Shown here in pieces: positions 20,045 through 32,357 of a stretch of DNA of 35,232 nt. Each line of letters begins with the position of its first letter. The stretch's first letter is position 1. Origin of the DNA: Octopus bimaculoides (taxonomy: Eukaryota). A program made the translations under genes and the position numbers. The stretch is from contig NC_068986.1 in the NCBI RefSeq assembly GCF_001194135.2, forward strand, positions 20,970,004-21,005,235. The letters are read 5' to 3'. The notes beneath the pieces were generated by a model. The model did no database searches. It saw only the letters and a program-made list of their open reading frames with translations, and had not been told where the DNA came from.

Positions 20045-21059
20045 GTATGTGTGTGTGTGTNNNNNNNNNNNNNNNNNNNNNNNNNNNNNNNNNNNNNNNN
20101 NNNNNNNNNNNNNNNNNNNNNNNNNNNNNNNNNNNNNNNNNNNNNNNNNNNNNNNNNNNNNNNNNNNNNNNNNNNNNNNNNNNNNNNNNNNNNNNNNNNN
20201 NNNNNNNNNNNNNNNNNNNNNNNNNNNNNNNNNNNNNNNNNNNNNNNNNNNNNNNNNNNNNNNNNNNNNNNNNNNNNNNNNNNNNNNNNNNNNNNNNNNN
20301 NNNNNNNNNNNNNNNNNNNNNNNNNNNNNNNNNNNNNNNNNNNNNNNNNNNNNNNNNNNNNNNNNNNNNNNNNNNNNNNNNNNNNNNNNNNNNNNNNNNN
20401 NNNNNNNNNNNNNNNNNNNNNNNNNNNNNNNNNNNNNNNNNNNNNNNNNNNNNNNNNNNNNNNNNNNNNNNNNNNNNNNNNNNNNNNNNNNNNNNNNNNN
20501 NNNNNNNNNNNNNNNNNNNNNNNNNNNNNNNNNNNNNNNNNNNNNNNNNNNNNNNNNNNNNNNNNNNNNNNNNNNNNNNNNNNNNNNNNNNNNNNNNNNN
20601 NNNNNNNNNNNNNNNNNNNNNNNNNNNNNNNNNNNNNNNNNNNNNNNNNNNNNNNNNNNNNNNNNNNNNNNNNNNNNNNNNNNNNNNNNNNNNNNNNNNN
20701 NNNNNNNNNNNNNNNNNNNNNNNNNNNNNNNNNNNNNNNNNNNNNNNNNNNNNNNNNNNNNNNNNNNNNNNNNNNNNNNNNNNNNNNNNNNNNNNNNNNN
20801 NNNNNNNNNNNNNNNNNNNNNNNNNNNNNNNNNNNNNNNNNNNNNNNNNNNNNNNNNNNNNNNNNNNNNNNNNNNNNNNNNNNNNNNNNNNNNNNNNNNN
20901 NNNNNNNNNNNNNNNNNNNNNNNNNNNNNNNNNNNNNNNNNNNNNNNNNNNNNNNNNNNNNNNNNNNNNNNNNNNNNNNNNNNNNNNNNNNNNNNNNNNN
21001 NNNTGTGTGTGTGTGTATATATGTATGTGTGTGTGTGTATATATGTATGTGTGTGTGTG

Positions 21060-21140
<81 letters not shown>

Positions 21141-21155
21141 GTATGTGTGTGTGTG

Positions 21156-21199
<44 letters not shown>

Positions 21200-21351
21200 T
21201 GTGTGTGTGCGTATATATGTATGTGTGTGTGCGTATGTATGTGTGTGTGCGTATATATGTATGTGTGTGTGCGTATATATGTATGTGTGTGTGTGTATAT
21301 ATGTGTGTGTGTGTGTATATATATGTGTGTGTGTGTGTTTGTATATGTGTG

Positions 21352-21384
<33 letters not shown>

Positions 21385-21493
21385 GTATGTGTGNNNNNNN
21401 NNNNNNNNNNNNNNNNNNNNNNNNNNNNNNNNNNNNNNNNNNNNNNNNNNNNNNNNNNNNNNNNNNNNNNNNNNNNNNNNNNNNNNNNNNNNN

Positions 21494-21524
<31 letters not shown>

Positions 21525-21530
21525 CATATA
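19908..21530. repeat. Long compound (TG)n(TA)n micro/minisatellite interrupted by two gaps
   Basis: Directly visible. Recurrent ~16-24-bp unit (TG)4-7(TA)2-4TGTA. Confidence 0.97.
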
Positions 21531-21843
21531 CGTATACAAACACGCACCCACACCCACCCACCTACACACGTACACACACACACTCACTCTCTCTCTTATT
21601 TGACTAGGAATGGATTCACTCGGAGCGACAATTTTACCGCTCAGGTTTCGACACATGCTAATCACATTAAACTTCCATCATTGCTTGATCACACGGGACA
21701 CAATGCAGTCTATTGCGTACGATAAAGAGTGCATCCATAATTAGAGAAAGAAACTACACACACACACACACGTTTAAGAGTTCGCTGAGGCATAGCAATA
21801 CTATTGCCTAGTTATTAGAATGCAACATACTTATGATATAGAG

Positions 21844-22167
21844 TCGTGGTTCTAAACCAGGATCCCTATAGTCCCTGAGGGTCCATATAAGATTTTTGGG
21901 GGTCTATGTAACAGAATAGTAAATTAGGGATCCACAATAGTATTTTAAGGGCCCCTGAAAAAATTCACTTTAGATATATGTATTGGTGTGTATTGCAAGA
22001 AACAGCTAGGTTTCTTTCTCTAACATTTTACATAGTTCAACTTAAGTTAATGCGTAAAAGAAGTTTTGTATAAAACTAGCTTTTAAACATCGAATGGGTA
22101 AGGGGTCCACCAGAATAAAATAGTAACCAAAGGGGGTCCATAGATAAAAAATGGTTGAGAACATCTG
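21844..22167. mobile_element. hAT MITE (324 bp), related to 10014-10266 in the opposite orientation
   Basis: Ends TCGTGGTTCTAAACC / GGTTGAGAACATCTG. TSD ATATAGAG / ATATAGTG (7/8). Internal AAACATCGAATGG matches the reverse complement of CCATTCGATGTTT at ~10086. Confidence 0.8.
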
Positions 22168-22748
22168 ATATAGTGTAAATCATTAGCCGTACAGAACATA
22201 ATGCTAATTAATGACAAGAGATCAAGTGTCACGTAATCACATTCATTTGCTCACAGCTTTTTCTCTGCAGTAAAATGTAGTGAATTCAGAGCTGAATCCT
22301 CGTGCAGCATCCTATAGCTTCCTCGGACTGAAACAAGNNNNNNNNNNNNNNNNNNNNNNNNNNNNNNNNNNNNNNNNNNNNNNNNNNNNNNNNNNNNNNN
22401 NNNNNNNNNNNNNNNNNNNNNNNNNNNNNNNNNNNNNNNNNNNNNNNNNNNNNNNNNNNNNNNNNNNNNNNNNNNNNNNNNNNNNNNNNNNNNNNNNNNN
22501 NNNNNNNNNNNNNNNNNNNNNNNNNNNNNNNNNNNNNNNNNNNNNNNNNNNNNNNNNNNNNNNNNNNNNNNNNNNNNNNNNNNNNNNNNNNNNNNNNNNN
22601 NNNNNNNNNNNNNNNNNNNNNNNNNNNNNNNNNNNNNNNNNNNNNNNNNNNNNNNNNNNNNNNNNNNNNNNNNNNNNNNNNNNNNNNNNNNNNNNNNNNN
22701 NNNNNNNNNNNNNNNNNNNNNNNNNNNNNNNNNNNNNNNNNNNNNNNN

Positions 22749-22954
22749 CAGGTACAACAGAAACAGGAAGAAAGAGTGAGAGAAAGTTGTGGTGAAAGAG
22801 TACAGCAGGGTTCGCCACCATCCCCCTGCCGGAGCCTCATGGCGCTTTAGGTGTTTTCGCTCAATAAACACTCACAACGCCCGGTCTGGGAATCGAAACC
22901 GCGATCCTATGACCGCGAGTCCGCTGTCCTAACCACTGAGCCATTGCGCCTCCA
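22749..22954 (-). mobile_element. SINE family C, truncated by a gap at the start of tail T1
   Basis: Near-exact reverse complement of 7698-7913. Confidence 0.9.
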
Positions 22955-23539
22955 CATATATTTGTATATATATTCTTGTCTACGTATGTATGCGATATAT
23001 TTGATCACCATTCAACTTCCTTATCTGAGTTGATAGTTTCTGTCATCTCTCATTAACTAAAGTCAGCACAGCCTTAATTTACTACATAAGTAAAGCCTTC
23101 CCTTCTCCTTAACGCCATAAATAAACTATTATCAAATAGTAGTAAAACTAGAATATACAGTGAATACAGTAGCCAGCCTTTATCAGTCGGAACTTTCTGG
23201 AAGGCGCAAGCCTGACAATGTATGTTTAAAATGACAAGCAGCTTTAAATATTCCGACTCTTCTAAAATTAGATTTTTCAAAACTCCCTCATCTATCTTAA
23301 TTCTGGTAATAGCACTTGTTTTGAGAATAGAATAAGTTGATAACTTGCAGCATCAGAAGCAATTGTAGTCAATGATAATGCTAATGAAATTAAGAAGGAT
23401 GGTGACGATATCTGAGACAAGGGAGTATTAGACGACTTGTATTACATTATTATTTAGAGTTTTCCCACTTTGTCTTCCTTCTTGGTTCCAAGTTCAAAAC
23501 CCACACGGACAGAATTTACGTGTAACATTCTAGAGTTCG

Positions 23540-23541
<2 letters not shown>

Positions 23542-23615
<74 letters not shown>

Positions 23616-23616
23616 G

Positions 23617-23664
<48 letters not shown>
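23542..23664. repeat. (TA)n then (TG)n microsatellite
   Basis: Directly visible. Confidence 0.98.
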
Positions 23665-23666
<2 letters not shown>

Positions 23667-24132
23667 AGTTTGGTCTTGTACTTAATCAAAATATCTCCAC
23701 ATAATAACAGCTATATAGAAAAATAGATTGGTTGGTGGATTTCTACAGGCACGTTTTACATCGTATAGAAAGAGACGGGAAGGGGATAATAGGGAAATAG
23801 AAAGAGAGTTGACACATGCGAGGTTTGGTTATTGGCAATGAGTAAAGCAACGTTGCTAACATACTCACAAAACGAAAGACTCATAGACACAGACGAAGAG
23901 GAAATGAATGAATAAATGACGCAGTAGTTATAATTTTGAGGAGTAGTATAAATGAGAAATTTGTCTTTAATTTTATTTGAAGTTGATAATTATTTTTGTT
24001 TTGAAAATCTGTATTCATTTCATCCTGTTGGAAGAAAAGAGGATATTTGTTAAAAAGTTAACGTAAAATATGGTTGAAGCAGAAATGTCAAATAGTAAAG
24101 CGTTTCAAATATCTCCATAGTTTTATTTCTAA

Positions 24133-24310
24133 TTTTGGCACAAAAAATGCAATTTTGATGGGAGGGGCAAGTCGATTACATTGACTCCAGTACTTGTGTA
24201 GTACTTATTTTATCGACCTCGAAAGAATGAGAGGCAAAGCGGACCCCTGCGGAATTTGAACTGAAAACGAAAAGAACCGGAAGAAATATCACCAAGCAGC
24301 TCGCTGCCTT
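24133..24310 (-). mobile_element. SINE family A, older diverged copy
   Basis: GTCGATTACATTGACTCCAG, TATCGACCTCGAAAGAATG, GGAATTTGAACTG and CAGCTCGCTGCCTT in family order. Confidence 0.8.
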
Positions 24311-24326
24311 AATATTTCCATATATT

Positions 24327-24541
24327 CTTTTCTACTCTAGGCCAAGGCCCGAAATTTTTTGGGGAGGGAGCCAGTCGATTAGATCAATTCCACTATGCAA
24401 CTAGTACTTAATTTATCGACCCCGAAAGGATGAAAGGCAAAGTCAACCTCGGCTGAATTTGAACTCAGAACGTAAAGACAGACGAAATACCGCTAAACAT
24501 TTCGCCCGGCGTGCTAACGTTTCTGCCAGCTCGCTGCCTTT
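24327..24541 (-). mobile_element. SINE family A, full length, with 15-bp TSD
   Basis: Close match to 1659-1871. TSD ATATTTCCATATATT at 24312-24326 and 24542-24556. Confidence 0.93.
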
Positions 24542-25467
24542 ATATTTCCATATATTAGAAGTCAAAAAATGAATTCGATAAAAACTTCTTTCGTGTAGTA
24601 CGATAAACAGATCTAATTTCTTGGTATTTCATGATCAGAAGTATCAAGCAATGAGTGATCATCTTTGTTAACATCGCAGTGTTTCGAGAATTCAGAATAC
24701 GGACGTTCATGCTTCTCCCAAGAACATTATCCAAATACGTAAACTAACTACAATATGCTGAAAGCAAGTTAAATAACAAACAACTTCAAGGAATCAAACA
24801 CAAAATGTAAGACGTATTTTTTTAAAGAGAAATTTTAAAAAATGATAAATTGTAGACAAACAAGAAGCCTTATCGACGCAAATCTCGTAGTTACTGGATG
24901 AGATTTGAAACGGGATCACTGAAACGGTAGACGAAAACTTATCGTTGAATCAGATGACTTAATAGAGTAACAGCTCAAATTATAGTACGATGAGTTCATT
25001 CGGAATTCTCAAGAATAAAATGGAGTACTCTGACGCGGAGTAGGTATATAATGGCGATGACGATGGCGGGGGTGGTCGTGATGACGACGACGATGATGAT
25101 GATAATGATTAATGTTAGGCTGTGTTCTACGAGGACCACCAATGGTTTTTCTCCGAATCACCTTTTCTCCTCCTCCTCATACCCTTTATTACGTTTGTGT
25201 ATATGTGCAGAAACATAATAAATGATCGTTGTCAACATTTGAAACTAAATAAGAACTGAAATGATAATCTATCATTCATTTGTATAAAAACATATTTCAA
25301 CGAAAGCAATTGGTAGTTTGTTTTCTTAAAGCCGAAACAAAGCTGTTAATTCGCAGATAAAGTTTTGAAGTGATTTTATCAGGAAAACAATTTGTCTCTC
25401 GTGGGTTAAATTTAGCTGATGGTGACAGGCTGATAGCAGAACACAGCACGATGGCGGGTGTGGTTAT

Positions 25468-25727
25468 TCTTTTATCTGTTACTTATTTCAATCGTTGGAC
25501 TGCGGCCATGATGGAGTATCATTTGGAAGCGTTTAGTCGCTCAAATCGACCCCAAGACTTATTTAGTTTGGTACTTATTGTATCGGACTTTTTTATTTAC
25601 AGAACTAAGTTACAGAGACACAAACAAACAAGCATCGGTTGCTAAGCAGTGTGTGTGTGTCTTTGTGTGTGTATGCGTGTGTCTGGATAAACACAATCGC
25701 ACACACAAATACATACATATATATATG

Positions 25728-25782
<55 letters not shown>

Positions 25783-25882
25783 GCGTGTGTGTATGTATGT
25801 ATATAATCTCCGTCTATCAAATCCACTCATAAGACTTTGGTCGACCCGAGGCTGTAGCAGAAGAGTCTTGCCGAAGGTGCTT
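25468..25882 (-). mobile_element. SINE family B lacking its tRNA head, with expanded internal (TG)n
   Basis: CTGCGGCCATG, AAATCGACCCCAAGACTTATT, ATCCACTCATAAGACTTTGGTCGACCCGAGGCT. Confidence 0.8.
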
Positions 25883-25945
25883 CTTAACACCACACCCATG
25901 TTTAGTAGAATAAACAGGATGATTAGAGCTCAACACGTGAGTATA

Positions 25946-25982
<37 letters not shown>

Positions 25983-26147
25983 GCATACATACATACATAC
26001 ATAATATTATTTGTAATTGGCAGAATTTTACAAAATGTGACTCATGGTCGAATGTTTCGTTCACAGCACGTATCAAACCGAGCCAGTTAGAAAAAGCTGG
26101 AATTCAAAATTCATTTGAGCGCCAACGCCAGTATTGTTTGGTAAGCT

Positions 26148-26270
26148 GGCAGAGTCTTTAGTGAGAACATTTTGCAATATTTATCTTGACTATATACGCT
26201 CTAAGATAAAATCCGGTCGAGGTCTGCATTTTACCTTTCATCCTTCCCGATAAATTAAGTCAAAATGAAG
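26148..26270 (+). mobile_element. SINE family A, highly diverged
   Basis: GTAAGCTGGCAGAG head. TTACCTTTCATCCTTCCCGATAAATTAAGT body. Confidence 0.55.
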
Positions 26271-26395
26271 GACCATGAATTAAATGGAATGGTTACGTGG
26301 TCACAGAGAATGTGTTGCAGCATCTGTTGTATCTACAGTATCTGTAGAATCTATGCATTCTGAGTTCAAATCTCGCCTTCTGCCACCAGAGAGAC

Positions 26396-26397
<2 letters not shown>

Positions 26398-26440
<43 letters not shown>
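26398..26440. repeat. (GACA)n microsatellite
   Basis: Directly visible. Confidence 0.97.
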
Positions 26441-26479
26441 GAAGTAAAATGATATCGCTCCCGACAACCAAAAGGTATC

Positions 26480-26651
26480 TTATTTTTCTACTCTAGACAC
26501 AAAGCCCCAAATTTTTGAGGAGGGAGGACAGTCGATTAGATCGACTCCAGTATGCAAACTGGTACTTAATTTATCGACCCCGAAAGGATGAAAGGCAAAG
26601 TCGACCTCGACGGAATTTGAACTCAGAACGTTTCTACCAGCTCGCCGCCTT
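26480..26651 (-). mobile_element. SINE family A with a ~47-bp internal deletion
   Basis: Matches 24327-24541 but joins CAGAACGT directly to TTCTACCAGC. Confidence 0.9.
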
Positions 26652-26952
26652 AACAAACAGATAGTATTAGCAATTGAAAACTTCCTTTGGACGTTGACTT
26701 CGCGTGTTTAATTCCAGTGGTTTTCTTTTTGTTTTTGCTATCAGATGGCAGGATACAACCAGCTCTATCGGTATCTAATATACTTTCATTCCTCCAAACA
26801 ACATAGAGATGAAATTTTAGATATAATATAGATACTTTAGTGATATTTCTGGTGTGAAACAAATAAATGTAGATTGATATATTCTGACAAAATTTCTTCG
26901 GAGATATATATATATATATATATAAATACGTCGATATATTCAAATATATATC

Positions 26953-27143
26953 TTCTTTCATTCTTTTCAGTCATTTGACTGCGGCCATGCTGGAGCACCA
27001 CCTTTAGTCGAACAAATCGACCCCAGGACTTATTACATGTAAGCCTTGTAGAAGACGCTTGCCCAAGGTGCCATGCAGTGGGACTGAACCCGGAACCATG
27101 TGGTTGAGAAGTAAGCTGCCTACCACATAGCCACTCCTGCACG
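26953..27143 (-). mobile_element. SINE family B, head fused to tail (middle deleted)
   Basis: CAGTCATTTGACTGCGGCCATGCTGGAGCACC (tail) is joined at GTAAGCCTTGTAGAAGAC to GCCCAAGGTGCCATGCAGTGGGACTGAACCCGG (head). Confidence 0.9.
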
Positions 27144-27423
27144 CATATATATATATATATATATATATGTTTGTAAGTTTATGTAAGTGTATGAATTTGT
27201 ATATATGTGCATCCGTTTATTTATGCGCTTTTGTACATATGCTCCTTTAGTTACATGCGAGAAGATATTCATATGCGTTTCTTTTGGTTTTGAAATATAT
27301 TCTTAGTGCGAGATTGCTGGCAATTAATCTATATTCATCAGTGTGTTGATAGGTGGTGGAGAAAATCACTGTTGATTTATGTTTCTTTCGATATTTTGTT
27401 GTGGTATACACTATTCTCAGCTT

Positions 27424-27426
<3 letters not shown>

Positions 27427-27461
<35 letters not shown>

Positions 27462-27631
27462 GGCCACACCCGTACATATATTTCACATTATACCAACGCA
27501 GTGAAGTGAATGTGTTTCCCTAGATATAAAGAGATGCGTATTTGGACTCAGATGTCTATACAAGCTCAAATGTGCGTGGGTGTGTGTTTGTATGCATAAG
27601 TAAGTATATGCATATGGAGGTATATGTATGA

Positions 27632-27669
<38 letters not shown>

Positions 27670-27700
27670 GTGTGTGCGTGTGCGTGCGTGCGTGCGGTTA
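27427..27700. repeat. (CA)n and (TG)n microsatellites
   Basis: Directly visible at 27427-27460 and 27633-27697. Confidence 0.9.
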
Positions 27701-28144
27701 TAAGCATATATTTAGGTGGTAAGAGAGGTGAATATATATATTTATCTAATCACCTGACTTCCATATGGTTACGGCCGTTTCGCATGCAATAAAATTTCAG
27801 TATGCAAGACATTATGCGCACATGTTTTCATTAATATGTATACTCAACGTTACACAATACAGTTGTATATTCACAGATTAGTGCAAGTAAAGAAAGCTAG
27901 CTCATCAGAACATCGGGATATTATGATTACATCAACAACTTTGAATGTATATACAAAATTCACTCTCTTTGTACACAATGTATGGAAAGCTGGAACTCGA
28001 CAAAATTACATTGATTTAGTCAGGGTAAAGATATATTGTGTTACTAATTATTATGGAAAAATTTCCTTTACACATACACGCACACACATGATTTCTTTTT
28101 AGTTAGATGGAAGGCGGTGCACATGATCTGTAACAGGGTCTTCG

Positions 28145-28183
28145 AGACCGGTGATGTCTTCAGACCGGTGATGTCTTCAGACC
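28145..28183. repeat. Perfect 17-bp tandem duplication (AGACCGGTGATGTCTTC x2.3)
   Basis: Units at 28145-28161 and 28162-28178, partial unit 28179-28183. Confidence 0.97.
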
Positions 28184-28369
28184 TAAGAGCTGATCAGAAT
28201 TCTTGTAACATATTGGACTCCTTTATAGGTATTAATGATACTAGGTGGTGTTAAACTGGGCAACGTGTCAAGTCATATACCGAAGTAAGATTTGAACATA
28301 GAATACAGAGAGCCGGGAAAAATACCGACGTTTTTATAGTTAGGTCAATCTACCGCCTAGTTTGCTTCA

Positions 28370-28494
28370 TCTTTATCGACCTCGACCAAAGGAAGAAAAG
28401 CAATGTTGACCTCAGCGTGATTTGAACTTAGAGAACAAAAAGTCGGAACCATTTCAGCAAAGCATCAGAGCATTCTGTCTGACGTAGTAACGTG

Positions 28495-28495
<1 letters not shown>
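28370..28495 (-). mobile_element. SINE family A, highly diverged fragment
   Basis: TTTATCGACCTCG...AAAGCAATGTTGACCTCAGCGTGATTTGAACTTAG. Confidence 0.55.
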
Positions 28496-28527
<32 letters not shown>

Positions 28528-28780
28528 AGCGTATGTATTCTGTGGTGGTTAAGTAAGTATCCAGTTGTACTTGAAACATCCAAGGCAGAATTCCAAAGCA
28601 ACAATAATGGCGAAACGCGCGTAGGAACTAATAATTATATAAACTTGTGTTTATTTTAATTTCTCCTACATTTGCTCGGTCTTACATAACTAGTATATAA
28701 TTAGTCATATTCTCTTCTATTGGTGGTTTTACCCGGAGATATTTGCGAAGTGTTGAGTAATACAACACTTCACAAATATC

Positions 28781-28834
28781 TCATCGGTTGTCAAGCGATG
28801 GAGGGGGGGGGGACAAACACACACACAAATAAAA

Positions 28835-28866
<32 letters not shown>

Positions 28867-29027
28867 GATGGGCTTCATTCAGTTTCCGCCTACAAAATCC
28901 ACTCACAAGGTTTTGGTCGGCCTGAGGCTATATTAGAAGAGACTTGTCCAAAGTATCACGCAGTGGGACTGAACCCAGAACCATGTGGTTGGGAAGCAAG
29001 CTTCTCACCACACAGCCACTCCTGTGT
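28781..29027 (-). mobile_element. SINE family B, 5' two-thirds with internal (TA)n
   Basis: CATCGGTTGTCAAGCGATG...ATCCACTCACAAGGTTTTGGTCGGCC...CAGTGGGACTGAACCC...CACACAGCCACTCCTG. Confidence 0.88.
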
Positions 29028-29896
29028 CTGCTCATATATATTTCTATGTATTTATGTATGTATGTATGTATGTATGGATGTATGTATGTATGGATAATGC
29101 ATTTAGGGGCAGTTAAAAATTTTATGAAGTTTCTTTGATCAAAGGAAGTTGCAGTACTTGGAATGACAAAATACGATGAATAAATTGTTATATGCTTGAG
29201 GCTAGTAGTAAACAGGAAAATACCATCGTCCACAGACTGGATTAAAGGCGTGTTTAGAAGCTAATATGTCGTTTGAAGGCATTCGTTGTTGGCGGAGAAT
29301 AGCTATAAGAAAGAACACAAGTATACTTCTAAATTCATGTTAAACTGAGTAATTATACTGTGGGCGAGCAGTTTATTTGATAAGATAAATTGATGTTGAT
29401 TATTTGAGAACTCTCTAGAAATACATACAGTCTATATAGAAATAAGGGAAAAGAAATAAATGAAAGCAACACTAGACGGGATCTTGTCGATACGGAATTG
29501 TCTACGGAAGATCGATACCAATTCGTTTATAGAGATTGATAGTGGTGATAAACAAGTATGGGTCGATTAAAAATCAGTGGTTCACTACAATTTTGTTGGC
29601 GAGAGTAACAAAGAATTTTATTCGAAATACCAGCTTTTATATTTTTACCTGTTTTTCTCTACGATATACTGCGTCAAAAAAATATACCGACACACAGATT
29701 CGTAACGTCCCCTCTTAGCTGTGCGCGCACACACGTTTTGCAATTAGCGCACAAAGGAAAACACGTGCGCACACGAGATTTTTCAGTATGAATTCAATAA
29801 TTTTTGATTGAAGAAATCTGAACGTGAATAAGCGTAAGCACATACTAGAATTTCTACACAAGCAAACACGCACATACACATGTATGTATGTATGTA

Positions 29897-29929
<33 letters not shown>

Positions 29930-30242
29930 GTGAACAGTTTCCTCAATAGTGGTTTATCGANNNNNNNNNNNNNNNNNNNNNNNNNNNNNNNNNNNNNNNN
30001 NNNNNNNNNNNNNNNNNNNNNNNNNNNNNNNNNNNNNNNNNNNNNNNNNNNNNNNNNNNNNNNNNNNNNNNNNNNNNNNNNNNNNNNNNNNNNNNNNNNN
30101 NNNNNNNNNNNNNNNNNNNNNNNNNNNNNNNNNNNNNNNNNNNNNNNNNNNNNNNNNNNNNNNNNNNNNNNNNNNNNNNNNNNNNNNNNNNNNNNNNNNN
30201 NNNNNNNNNNNNNNNNNNNNNNNNNNNNNNNNNNNNNNNNNN

Positions 30243-30279
<37 letters not shown>

Positions 30280-30363
30280 GCACGCGCGCGCGCACACACA
30301 GACACACACAATGTATCCATACTTTTGGTAACATGTCATCTTTTGGCGCATCTTTTGATATTC

Positions 30364-30399
<36 letters not shown>

Positions 30400-30787
30400 G
30401 TGAACAGTTTCCTCAATAGTGGTTTATCGAATACCTCTCAAAAGTCATTGATCAATACGAGTCTGTCGTCAACGAAACTGAAATCACGTGGTTTCGAAGC
30501 AATATTCCTAAGTACACAGCTATGTCTATGTCCTCAAAATATTTTATAATTATCACAACTTGAAAATGGATTTAAACACATTTCATATCACCTTCAACAG
30601 AACGCTCTAATATGAACAGGAAGAGCTTTATTAATAAGTGAGCTGCAGTTGGTAAACCCGGTAAGTAGCCAGTTTGTTGGGCGGAAGAGTCAGTAGCTCG
30701 TATCCCACCACGCATACCGTGTTGAAACAGCATAATTCACTTAACACAAAAATGGCTCAAACCGTTTCACTGCAAATAGATACTATT

Positions 30788-31023
30788 TACTTCGTTATTG
30801 CCCACAATGAGCTCAACATAGAGGGGACAAAGAAGGACAGACAAAGGGATTAAATCGATTACATTGACCCCGGTGGGTAACTGGTATTTATTTAATCGAC
30901 CCCGAAAGGATGAAAGGCAATGTCGACCTTAGCGGAATTTGAACTCAGAACGTAACGGCAGACGAAATCCTACTAAGCATTTCACCCGGCGTGCTAACGA
31001 TTCTGCCAGCTCGCCGTCCTTAT
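30788..31023 (-). mobile_element. SINE family A head and body with alternative tail (A2), 14-bp TSD
   Basis: Body as at 24327; tail is ...GTCTGTCCTTCTTTGTCCCCTCTATG...GGGCAATAACGAAGTA. TSD AAATAGATACTATT at 30774-30787 and 31024-31037. Confidence 0.92.
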
Positions 31024-32357
31024 AAATAGATACTATTAATTGATGCATCTTACTGCTGTAAGCAGAGGAAGTAGTGTATCACCTTTGTAAGCGTGTAGCA
31101 CTGGGTTCAAATCCTTCCTTATTGGCAGGCGTGAGGTTAATGAAGAGCTGTGTTCAATGAGATTCAGTAAACCTTGATACACTTCATGAAGTCAAAGTAT
31201 CCATGTAGCAACCTGACAATACACATGCACACACTAACAAGTAAATTCACTCACTTGCTTATAGTAAGCTGTCAAGTAAATTTGATTGCGAATCCTTTTG
31301 ATGATTGTACATCTCAATCGATCTCCTTCAGTGGTCGATTCGCTGATGGCAGGTTTCCTAAATAGCTACAGCATAAGAAGAGGCAGATGCATGGGTGACT
31401 GACAATCGCAACCACTACTGCCCACTGTGTGCTCTCACTAGCGAGAAAACTACGGAAATGGCAGTATTTTATCGTCCCGACAACAGGAACGACGACGACC
31501 ACTCCTGATAGTCAAAGATCCATAATCTTCAAGTGAAAACAACTACACAATGAATTTATCAATAAGGGTGCCTATTTCCTAATATCACTATTTTCGCTCA
31601 AGGATATAAAAAAAATCTTGTTGAAATGTGAGCCAAGACGACAGGGATTTTTCCCCAGTTGTAAGAATCTGTCAAAAACCAATTTTAAAGGAAATCACCT
31701 TAAGGATGACTGCTACATCTTATTTTCTCTCAGGATGTACTCCTTTAGCCTTTGTCTTCCGAGACTCATTCGCAAATCAGAAAAGTAGTGCAAATATATC
31801 GTCACTATGGTTAGAGAGCGCTGCTTTCCCTATCACAGACAAACGAAAATCAGGGGTTCATCAAATACAAAGTGGTCATACAGCGCACTCATTCACCAAC
31901 TTGATTATTCCTGTATCTCCGTGTAATATTGCTTGATGGCCATTGACCTTCTCCCAAGTTCACCCGTCCTTTAGACTGGGCTACTTCTTTTTATCTTATT
32001 AGGTATCTAGCAACTCTTCTCACTAGTTTAGCATTGTGATGAGAACCAGTTTTTGTCACCAACGAATATGTAAGAGGTTGTACAGGATTACTTCTTACGT
32101 AATAGCATCCAAATCGCATAAAAATACAAACATATGCAAACGCACAGACATTCACACACAATTGCATACATACACGCACACAGACACATACACTTACTCT
32201 TCCTCACACACACATACATAAAAAGAAACGAAGGAAGGCTACGTTAGACTAGACTCCATTTTATCCAGATAATTTTCAAGCAATTCTCCTCGCCAGGAGA
32301 ATTCCAAGAAAATATGGGATTACAGTGAAAACAAACTGGACGATAGTACCCTGTAAC

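Noticed and set aside
23351-23415. Possible terminal exon reading SEAIVVNDNANEIKKDGDDI*
   Set aside because: Weak acceptor, short, no homology I recognise.
28606-28630. GGCGAAACGCGCGTAGGA, resembling the 3' half of a Penelope-type hammerhead
   Set aside because: No CTGANGA core or stem I partner upstream; at best a fragment.
2161-30419. Long ORFs in the track made mostly of X (e.g. 5691-6557, 7780-8739, 11642-12628, 19881-21725)
   Set aside because: They stay open only because N-runs and dinucleotide repeats contain no stop codons.
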